Assembly: GCA_918797485.1 (NCBI GenBank)
Contig: CAKKNE010000004.1
Location: forward strand, 1,054,001-1,118,000
From: Pelagomonas calceolata
Lineage: Eukaryota
DNA length: 64,000 bases
Reading direction: 5' to 3'
This document shows, in pieces, positions 11,341 through 19,390 of the stretch (position 1 is the first letter of the stretch; every line of letters starts with the position of its first letter). The notes beneath the pieces are model-generated. The model made no database searches. It saw only the letters and a program-made list of their open reading frames with translations, and was not told the origin of the DNA. Made by a program: the position numbers and the translations under genes.

Positions 11341-12528
11341 ATGCAGCAGCCTTACGCGCACAGATGCGGCCCCCTGCTGCCCGTGGGCGTCATCTCACTC
11401 TTAGCCTTGACCGCCATTATTTCGCAGAGCGTCGCGGTGCCGTTAGCCATGTGCGGGCCCGATGGGCAATGCCGCGAGGAGCCGTCCATACCGTCGCCGC
11501 GCACGCGCTACACGGCCAAGACGAGCGCGTTGCAGAGCGCCTGGACGCGGTTCCACGAAGAACTGGCTCGTAGGGCCGCGGCCTACGCCCCCACGCAGAA
11601 ACCGCTCTTGCTGCTCGGCGACTCGATCACCGAGGCGTGGCTTGGGACCTCGATGGACGAAGACTCGGAGCGGGCCCGCGGCTGCCCCGAAGTGCTCTCT
11701 GACAAATTCCCGGACTACTCGCCGTTGGTGCTGGCTATCTCTGGCGACCAGACGCAGCACTTATTGTGGAGATTGCAGAACGGCGAATGGCCCTCCGCCG
11801 TTCCATCTGCCACAGTAATTCTGATGATTGGCACAAATAATCTGGGGCGAGGCCACCTGCCGGGCGAGACGGCGCGCGGCGTCGTCGCCGTTGTGAATGA
11901 GATTTTACAAAGGCTGGACGGCGCATCCAAACTGCTCGTGCTCGGTTTACTACCTCGAGGCGACGGTTCGAGGATACTGAAGCGGCTCTGCCCGCCGCGG
12001 TGCGACAGGCAGGGTGCGCCCTACTCGTCCTTCATGCCGGCGGTCGCGAAGGTCAATAGCGACGTCCAGCAGGCGGTCAGCGACTTACATGATCAACGCG
12101 TCGTTTTTGCGGACTGCGGCGCCGTGTTTCTGGACGCGGCCGGCGCGGTGCGCGAGCGGCTCATGCCCGACCGGCTCCACCCGAACGCCGAAGGTTTAGG
12201 GCTCCTGGCGGACTGTATAAGGAGCACATTATCTTGCACATTCCTAACAGATCCCGAGCAGGCGTCGCGTCGATCAGGGTGGTGGCGGCGGCGAGGGGTC
12301 GCCGCCGTCCAGCAGGAGCAGCCGCTCGACGTCGCTCTTCGCGCGCGCCGCGTGCAAGATGCAATTGTCGTCGACGCGGCACGAATTGGAACACTCCTTT
12401 CTCAACAAATGGGCGAGCTTGCGGTAGCCGTGGTCCTTCGGTTCAGGAAAATCAGCATGATCGGAGGGGAAGGCCCGCTGATATCTCTTCTTCAAAGACC
12501 CGAGGGCCAGTCCGGAAGGCTGCTCTAA
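11341..12528 (+). CDS. SGNH/GDSL hydrolase (PAF-acetylhydrolase 1b-like); true 3' end uncertain
   Basis: LLGDSITE, ISGDQTQHLLWRL, MIGTNN, PDRLHP blocks. Confidence 0.85.
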   Translation: MQQPYAHRCGPLLPVGVISLLALTAIISQSVAVPLAMCGPDGQCREEPSIPSPRTRYTAKTSALQSAWTRFHEELARRAAAYAPTQKPLLLLGDSITEAWLGTSMDEDSERARGCPEVLSDKFPDYSPLVLAISGDQTQHLLWRLQNGEWPSAVPSATVILMIGTNNLGRGHLPGETARGVVAVVNEILQRLDGASKLLVLGLLPRGDGSRILKRLCPPRCDRQGAPYSSFMPAVAKVNSDVQQAVSDLHDQRVVFADCGAVFLDAAGAVRERLMPDRLHPNAEGLGLLADCIRSTLSCTFLTDPEQASRRSGWWRRRGVAAVQQEQPLDVALRARRVQDAIVVDAARIGTLLSQQMGELAVAVVLRFRKISMIGGEGPLISLLQRPEGQSGRLL

Positions 12529-13536
12529 GAGCACCACGAGCAATTTCGCCTCGAAGCGGGCGAACTTCGACGAAGAAGACCCGAGCAACGAGCCGATCCG
12601 GTCGGGGTCGCGCAATGGATTGCCCGGCACGCCGTCGACGAGTTTTCGATACGTTTGCACGCAGTCGTCGAAAACACGAGCGTCGCCGCTTTTGTCAGGG
12701 TGATGGAGTAAAGCCGCCTGGCGGAAGGCCTTGGTCAAGCTCGCGGCGTCGCTGGCGTCCACGCGCGTCCCGCTCAGCTTCGCTAGCTTCGCTGCGAGTT
12801 TTTCACGGTCGGGCGCCGCCGTCGTCGCTAAATATTGCGCCACGTTGTCATGCCCGCCCTCCCGCGCCAGATCCGCCGCGTAATTCCCATGCGCGTCGGG
12901 CACCTCCCTCCTACCCTTAGCCTCGACGAGCCACGCGCACATATGTAGGTGACCGCTAAACGCCGCCTTGTGAAGGGGCTCGTGACCCTGCGAATTGGTC
13001 AGCGACCAGTCGCCATCAATCACCTCTTCGAGCCACGTGCAACAGCGCAGGTGCGCGTCGACCTCGACCGTCGACGGTGCTAGTGCGATCCAATGCAGCG
13101 CGGAGCAGCCAAAATCGTTCACGCGCCCGCAGTCGACGTCGTGCCGCGACGCGAGGTAGCGCATCACTTCCTCTTGAACCTGCCAGCAGGCCAGTTGAAA
13201 AGGCGTGACGTCCGCGTCGGCTAGAGCGTCCGCTTGCACCTGATACACTTCGATTAACAAACGACAGACTTCGGTTCGACCGTTCCTTGCAGCATAATGT
13301 AGGGGCGTGCGGCCGTTCGTCGTTTGCTTCTGAGACGGGTCCAGGTCTTGCGAGACGAGGTACTTGACGCATTCAACATGTCCGGAGCCGGCCGCCCAGT
13401 GCAGCGCCGTACATCCATGCGCGTCAATAGCGGCGAGGAGCCGGTCCGCGCTCGCTTCTTCGAGGAAGGCCAAGTCGCCGGTCTTCGCGGCTTCCAGCAC
13501 GTCGGCGTGGTTTGGTGTCGTCTTTTTACGGACCAT
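12274..13536 (-). CDS. Ankyrin-repeat + J-domain + OST-HTH/LOTUS-like protein
   Basis: Ankyrin repeats (GCTALHWAAGSGH, GRTPLHYAARNG), AFRQAALLHHPDK, C-terminal LKKRY...PKDHGYRKLAHLL. Confidence 0.8.
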   Translation of the reverse strand: MVRKKTTPNHADVLEAAKTGDLAFLEEASADRLLAAIDAHGCTALHWAAGSGHVECVKYLVSQDLDPSQKQTTNGRTPLHYAARNGRTEVCRLLIEVYQVQADALADADVTPFQLACWQVQEEVMRYLASRHDVDCGRVNDFGCSALHWIALAPSTVEVDAHLRCCTWLEEVIDGDWSLTNSQGHEPLHKAAFSGHLHMCAWLVEAKGRREVPDAHGNYAADLAREGGHDNVAQYLATTAAPDREKLAAKLAKLSGTRVDASDAASLTKAFRQAALLHHPDKSGDARVFDDCVQTYRKLVDGVPGNPLRDPDRIGSLLGSSSSKFARFEAKLLVVLLEQPSGLALGSLKKRYQRAFPSDHADFPEPKDHGYRKLAHLLRKECSNSCRVDDNCILHAARAKSDVERLLLLDGGDPSPPPPP

Positions 13537-13795
13537 TTTAAGGCTGCATTTTTTTGTGCTTGGGAGAGCAGTGCGGTGGCCGAGGCGCTGCGTAGCGCAC
13601 GCGTTGACAAGCTCGGTGGAGCCGTCGGCTACGAGTCCAATGCTCAAAAGATTGCTATTTTTTCGCGTTTTGCAGCGGAGTACGAGCTCGTGCGGCTGTA
13701 ATGGCTGTCGACGTAGAAACCCGCGAGCTCAGGAGGCCCGGGGCTCGATCGCAAGTGATTTATCTTTAGTGCGGCTGTAGTGGGCCGGGCAAGGG

Positions 13796-13818
13796 GCTAG
13801 CGGTTGTAAGACACTAGC
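13796..13818. promoter_or_regulatory. GCTAG...CTAGC upstream motif
   Basis: GCTAGCGGTTGTAAGACACTAGC upstream of the minus-strand ankyrin gene. Confidence 0.65.
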
Positions 13819-13883
13819 AAGACGACAGGTATGAAAGAAGCGGGAAAGGGAATAATCGAGCAAGATAGGAGACGTGCCGGTGT

Positions 13884-14738
13884 TCAAAGTAAAGCGGAGT
13901 TACACGCAGAAAACGTTCCCGCGTCGTCGGAGGTCTCTATGCAATCGGTGATGCAATCGTAGCACCCGGACTCGCACGGCGGCGTCGCCGTGGCGCAGTC
14001 GAACGTCGCATCGAAGCAGCTCTTGATCAGCTGCGGCGCGTACAAGAACGCGACGGCGATCGGGTCGGAGCAGCCCTGCAAGGTCGGGAAGGCCGAGTTC
14101 GCCAGCACCGATGCGTCGTACCGGTCTTGGACGCATTTTTCGACGCACGAGACGTTGGCCTCGACCGTATCTCTGGTACCTGTCTCGCAATAAGGGAGCG
14201 AGCTCGAACCCGTACACATCTCACAATTTCCATCGCAGCTCGCCATGTCCAAGAAACTGGTCTTGCAGTAGGAGCCCTGTATTACGCTGCGCAGCAAATG
14301 GTCGAAGTTCGCGCTGACCTGCTTGCCCCAGGCGATCGGATCGTACGTCATGTTGTGGAGGTGCCACATGCTGAACTGGCCCCGGTCCGAGAAGATGACG
14401 CCCCCCGCCGGATCGATCGCCGCCGGATAGCCCATGAACTGCTGCACGACGTAGGCTAGGTCGGCGCCGCCGGAGCCTGAGCTCACGCACGCCGTGTCGT
14501 TGTCGTCGGAATCCTGGAACTTGAACGACGTTGCTGGCGCTTCGCGCCAGCGCTGGCGCGTCGCCGTCGCGACGAGCGCCCCCGCGAGCACCGCGGCGCC
14601 GAGCGCCACCGCGCGGCTGGACGCGATTTTTTCTCGCGGCGTGGCTGCGCGGTCGACGGCGCCGTAGTGCATGTCCGCGGAGCCGTCGCTTGTCGAGAGA
14701 AGGGCGGGCGGCATGTCACACGCGAGGTGGCAGATCAT
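13884..14738 (-). CDS. Type II membrane protein with Cys-rich lumenal domain
   Basis: YGAV motif, TM segment AVALGAAVLAGALVA, many Cys; start may be 14714. Confidence 0.7.
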   Translation of the reverse strand: MICHLACDMPPALLSTSDGSADMHYGAVDRAATPREKIASSRAVALGAAVLAGALVATATRQRWREAPATSFKFQDSDDNDTACVSSGSGGADLAYVVQQFMGYPAAIDPAGGVIFSDRGQFSMWHLHNMTYDPIAWGKQVSANFDHLLRSVIQGSYCKTSFLDMASCDGNCEMCTGSSSLPYCETGTRDTVEANVSCVEKCVQDRYDASVLANSAFPTLQGCSDPIAVAFLYAPQLIKSCFDATFDCATATPPCESGCYDCITDCIETSDDAGTFSACNSALL

Positions 14739-15039
14739 CGAATTGGTCGGAGATGATCCGAGGCTGGCTGTTGTGCGGGTTCTATGACGAACGCTGCGCG
14801 CGTCGGGGCAGCCGTCGCGGGCGAGGCGCCCTCCCGCACGGGTCGCACGGTCGGGGCCGTGCGATAAGCGCGGTTCCCACTAGTTTTTCTTTTGCTTCCC
14901 TGGCTTTGCGGCCTCATTTTGGCTGCCCCAGCATCGCCCCGCCGACGCCGACGCCGCGCCAGGAACCCGCCGCAGCATCTTCGGCTGTCCCATCATCGGC
15001 CCAGCCGCCGCCACCGCCACCGCGCCGCAAAACAACAGC

Positions 15040-15843
15040 ATGGAGGCCACGGGCCTGGAAATGGAGGCCGAGCCCATTACGTACGGCAGCATCCCCTCCG
15101 AAGCCGAGGCGCCACAAAAGCGAAGGCGGCGCGCCCCCTACGCCGTCGTCGGCGGCTGCCTCGGTCTCGCCGCGGTGGCCGGCGTCGCGTCGACGAAGAC
15201 GCGCACGTCCTTAGCGGTCAATGATTATCCTCATCCTCATGCGTCCGCGCCTTCTCACGGCTGTGCGATGATCGACGACGTGCTGTCGACCTGCAATCGC
15301 GACGCGGGCGACGACTTGCCGCTCTTACAAGGCATGGACGTCATGTCGTACTTCGACGCGGCTTCGGGTCTCATCGACGAGCCCCTTCGAGGGACTTCGG
15401 AGTTCTCGTACAACTACCAGGGCAACTTGTTATACTTCTCGAGCGAGAAGAACATGAACACCTTCTCCTATGATCCTACCAAATACATGCCGTCTGGCGG
15501 GGGCTATTGTCCGCTGGCCATGTCGGGGCTCGATCCCGCCCTGTCGTGGGTGTGTACGTCGGTCTCGCCGGTGGACCCGTTATCGTACGAGGTCGACACG
15601 CAGGGGCGGTTGTGGCTCTACCGGGAGCCCTCGGCTCTATATTCGATGGCTGAGGTGTATGAGGACTGGTTGGCCTCTGAAGTGGGCGGCGTCTCGCCCT
15701 ACTCCCAGGCCCAGGCGAACTGGGCCAACCTCGTGGCTCAAAGAACGGGCACGGGCGAGCTCTACCCGCCGACGATGATGAACAAAAACACGAAGGAGTG
15801 CATGGACCTCTACGGGCTGTTGAAGAGCGACCAGGACCGATAG
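15040..15843 (+). CDS. Type II membrane YHS-domain-like protein
   Basis: GMDVMSYF...GTSEFSYNYQGNLLYFSSEKNMNTFSYDPTKYMPSGGGYC. Confidence 0.7.
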   Translation: MEATGLEMEAEPITYGSIPSEAEAPQKRRRRAPYAVVGGCLGLAAVAGVASTKTRTSLAVNDYPHPHASAPSHGCAMIDDVLSTCNRDAGDDLPLLQGMDVMSYFDAASGLIDEPLRGTSEFSYNYQGNLLYFSSEKNMNTFSYDPTKYMPSGGGYCPLAMSGLDPALSWVCTSVSPVDPLSYEVDTQGRLWLYREPSALYSMAEVYEDWLASEVGGVSPYSQAQANWANLVAQRTGTGELYPPTMMNKNTKECMDLYGLLKSDQDR

Positions 15844-16065
15844 TGCGTAAGGCGAAAGTAGTAGTCTTGTTTGGTCGCGGCGACGGCGTTACTGCTCCAT
15901 ACGCAGTCGCCGCGTTTCTCTGAGCGTCCGGACCGCGGCGACGCGTCCGACACCGAACACTCCAACAGAGCCAGTAGGCACTCGGCCCTTGACAATCGCC
16001 ACACCCCACTCCCGGTAAATCTGGGCTGAATCACGGCCGCCGCGTCGCAGACCTCTGAAAAAATT

Positions 16066-16088
16066 GCTAGTGTCTTACGGTCGCTAGC
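16066..16088. promoter_or_regulatory. GCTAG...CTAGC upstream motif
   Basis: GCTAGTGTCTTACGGTCGCTAGC upstream of the gene at 16335. Confidence 0.65.
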
Positions 16089-16334
16089 TCATTATGCTGA
16101 GATCTCGAAAGCGGCTCTCGCTTGCCACAAACTGCGCATCGGTGCCATCCAACCTATTCGGTGACCTATTCGGGACCATCCGCTTGCCTGCTGCTGCTGC
16201 TGAACTGCGCGCCGTGTCGCCGCACCGTCATCGCACGCAATTGCTCGCTAGGGTCACACACAGCTTAGCCACAGCACGCCGTCGCCGTCGCCGCATAACG
16301 CGCATAGCAACTACGCTCACACAACGTAGCAACC

Positions 16335-17306
16335 ATGTTCTCCGGCAGCGCCGCGGACATGCTCAAGAAGTACGGCCAGCCCGTCCCCGAGCAGCAGCCC
16401 ATGTCGTCGCTCGAAGAAGCGCAGGCCGCAAAAGCAAAAATGGAGGCCGAGAAAGCCAAGGACGGCCACACGCACTTCCACGACGGCCACGCCTGCACCA
16501 TGGACCACGGCCATGGGGAAGAGGACCACAACCACTCCAGCGGGACGCACGCGAACGAGTGCACGGAGGACCACGACCACTCGGAGCACTCTCATGAGTC
16601 TCATGGCCACAAGGAGAGCGGTCACGATCACGGCTCGAGCCACGATCACTCCAAGTGCGACGGCGACCACGGCCACTCTGATCATGGACACAAGGAGGAG
16701 TCCCACGGCCACGGCTCGTCCCACGACCACGCGCCTGCACAGAAGGACTTCGAGGGCTGCGCCAAGGGCAAGTACGCCTGGACGGACACCGGTTCGACGA
16801 AGGCGGAAGACCTGGGCGACGCCATTAGGGATTACGCGTTCTCCGACGGAAACAAAAAAGCTTCTGTTTACGTCGATCTAGATGGATTGGACGCCCTGGC
16901 TGATGCGGACTTGTGTGTCACCAAAGTGAGCGAGACTAGAGTCGAGTTCACGGCTCAGTTCCCGTCTGGTAAAAGATGTCTCACCCTCTCACCGCTGCAC
17001 GCGTCAATAGATGAAGCTTCACTCCTGAGGAAGCCGGGCAAGAACCGCGTCATCCTCAAGCTCAAGAAGACGAAACCGGAAGCCTGGAGCACGCTCCTCA
17101 CGGCGCCGCCGCCGGCGCAGCCCGACCCTTCTGCGATGGGCGGCCTGGGGGGCATGGACATGGAGTCCATGATGAAGAGCATGGCGGGCATGGCCGGCGT
17201 GCCGGACCCGCCCGACTTAGGTGCGGACGACACGGGCGCGGATCCCGAGGAGGCCGGGTCGGACTTAGATGATCTGCCGGACTTGGAGGAGGACAACGTG
17301 GACTAG
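16335..17306 (+). CDS. His-rich CS (p23/CacyBP-like) domain co-chaperone
   Basis: His-rich tract; YAFSDGNKKASVYVDL...LKLKK...WSTL; p23-like Gly/Met/acidic tail DLPDLE. Confidence 0.7.
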   Translation: MFSGSAADMLKKYGQPVPEQQPMSSLEEAQAAKAKMEAEKAKDGHTHFHDGHACTMDHGHGEEDHNHSSGTHANECTEDHDHSEHSHESHGHKESGHDHGSSHDHSKCDGDHGHSDHGHKEESHGHGSSHDHAPAQKDFEGCAKGKYAWTDTGSTKAEDLGDAIRDYAFSDGNKKASVYVDLDGLDALADADLCVTKVSETRVEFTAQFPSGKRCLTLSPLHASIDEASLLRKPGKNRVILKLKKTKPEAWSTLLTAPPPAQPDPSAMGGLGGMDMESMMKSMAGMAGVPDPPDLGADDTGADPEEAGSDLDDLPDLEEDNVD

Positions 17307-17482
17307 AGCGGTTCGATGCGTAACTTAGACTCTAGCTATAGGGGACGAATTGCAAACGGAACGGCGAGTCGGCGACGGCGTCTAGCTAGGGGGTGAATTG
17401 AGCGGCGACGGCGCGTGCGGGTAACATATCTATGTCGTACCGGAAATGACACCGACGCCGTACAACGGGACCACGCGGGGCA

Positions 17483-17983
17483 CTACCCGTATCCGCTGAA
17501 CGCGCAGCGAATTCCGAAGTACCAAAAACCACAGAACGCCGGAACCACGCAGACCAGTGCTATACCCGAGAGCCCGCAGATCTGATCTGCCTTTGCGGCT
17601 CGAGAATCGCGCAAGGGCTGCGCGTCGACGTACCGCTGCAGCCGGTCGCATACGGAGGCGTCCAGGCTGGAGAAGTCCACGGTGGGCTCGTCGTCGCCGA
17701 CGATCGCCCTGGCGCCCGGGAGACACGGCGGCGGAAGCCGCAAGAATGCGTGACACAGGGCCTGCCGCTCCTCGGGGGACCAGCGTTTCGGCGGCGGCGG
17801 CGGGCGCGCCACCGGCTCCATGCGACATTCCCGCGGGTTCCATTGCATCTCGACGTCGTCTCGACCGCGCTTGCGACTCGCGCCCCGGGCGCAGCACGCG
17901 ACGCAACAGCCCACGATGCCGCAGATGGCGAGGGCGATGGCGAGGACCAGGAAAACACAGGTGAGGATACAATCAGGATACAT
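17483..17983 (-). CDS. Two-TM protein with an ET (BET extra-terminal)-like domain, paralog 1
   Basis: TM + CCVACC, WSPEERQALCHAFLRLPP...VDFSSLDASVCDRLQRYV, second TM. Confidence 0.65.
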   Translation of the reverse strand: MYPDCILTCVFLVLAIALAICGIVGCCVACCARGASRKRGRDDVEMQWNPRECRMEPVARPPPPPKRWSPEERQALCHAFLRLPPPCLPGARAIVGDDEPTVDFSSLDASVCDRLQRYVDAQPLRDSRAAKADQICGLSGIALVCVVPAFCGFWYFGIRCAFSGYG

Positions 17984-18228
17984 GATCTCTGGCCAAGGCA
18001 CCGACTGAGCTGGGCTGCCCAGCAACTTACTGTGCCCCTTGGAGCTGTGCGTCAAACTAGGAGGCACAGCCGCGGTGTCGATCGGGCAAGGGCAGCCCCG
18101 GTTGCGCACCACGAGGTGTGCGGTGTCGATCGTTCACGGCAGCAGTGTGTTAGCTCACACTCCGAGCTGCCCACTCCTTGCTGGGCATCCCTAGTGGCTT
18201 ACGGGCCGCTAGCGCGCGCCGCGCGAAA

Positions 18229-18296
18229 CGATGAATCGGCGACGCGCGGTGTCTCCCCCCCCAGGGGCTCCGCCCACTAGTCCTAGCACCGTAACA
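18229..18296 (+). repeat. Dispersed intergenic repeat, copy B
   Basis: Near-identical to 3909-3975. Confidence 0.85.
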
Positions 18297-18411
18297 TCGA
18301 CTACCGCCGCGCGAAATGCCGCGTTAAACACCCGATTGGAAGAGGACAACGCGTAACTTAGACTCTAGATAATAGTGGACGAATTGCGGACGGCGCATGA
18401 TGGTAACATAT

Positions 18412-18939
18412 CTATGGCGTACTGAACGCGCAGCGAATTGCGAAGTACCAAAAACCACAGAACGCCGGAACCACGCAGACCAGTGCTATACCCGAGAGCA
18501 CGCAGATCTCACCTTGCTTTCCGGCGCGCGAAGGCTGCGCGTCGACGTACTGCTGCAGCCGGTCGCAGACGGAGACGTCCAGGCTGGCATAGTCCACGGA
18601 GTGCAGAGCCGCCGGCCATCTAAGGCGAAAAAGGGCGTCGGACTCGTCGCCGCCGACGATGCTCCTGACGTCCGGGAGGCACGACGGCGGGAGGCGCGAG
18701 ACCACGCACGCCAGGGCCCGCCGCTCCTCGGAGTGTTTCGGCGGCGGCGGCGGGCGCGCCACCGGCTCCATGCGACAGTCCCGCGGGTTCCATTGCATCT
18801 CGACGTCGTCGCGACCGGGCTTGCCACTCGCGCCCCCGGTGCAGCAAGCGACGCAACAGCCCACGATTCCGCAGATTGCGAGGGCGATCGTGAGGATCAG
18901 GAAAACCCAGACGAAGTAACAAGAAGGAGACTCCGTCAT
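18412..18939 (-). CDS. Two-TM protein with an ET-like domain, paralog 2 (tandem duplicate)
   Basis: Colinear with 17483-17983, including upstream and downstream flanks. Confidence 0.65.
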   Translation of the reverse strand: MTESPSCYFVWVFLILTIALAICGIVGCCVACCTGGASGKPGRDDVEMQWNPRDCRMEPVARPPPPPKHSEERRALACVVSRLPPSCLPDVRSIVGGDESDALFRLRWPAALHSVDYASLDVSVCDRLQQYVDAQPSRAGKQGEICVLSGIALVCVVPAFCGFWYFAIRCAFSTP

Positions 18940-19197
18940 CACTGGCAAAAGTAGTACGACCTGTGTCGATCCGGCCTGGGCTGCCCAACTTACTGTGGAG
19001 GCAGCTGTGCGTCACTAGGAGGCACAGCCGCGGTGTCGATCGGGCAAGGGCAGCCCGGTTGCGCACCACGAGGTGTGCGGTGTCGATCGTTAACGGCCAG
19101 CGACAGGGTATTGCCTTCGCGCACTAACAAAATGGGCAGCCCCGAGACGGTCCGTGTGCTTTTTCAGCCCCAGGGGCGAGAATCCAGAATATAATTA

Positions 19198-19221
19198 GCT
19201 AGCGGCATGTAAGACACTAGC
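19198..19221. promoter_or_regulatory. GCTAG...CTAGC upstream motif in a divergent intergenic region
   Basis: 19194-19223 is identical over 30 nt to 41245-41274. Confidence 0.7.
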
Positions 19222-19390
19222 AAGGTCAAGCAGTCGGCTAGGCTAGGCGCTTGCTGAGGAACGACTGCATTTGGGGCACCGGCACACGCTGGCACTACTA
19301 GCGGGCGCCTCTACGCAGGGGATAGCTCAACCTGTGCGGTCCGCCAGCGCGCCGCAGCGCCGCTAGACTGCAGCTGCAGTCCGGGCGGAA

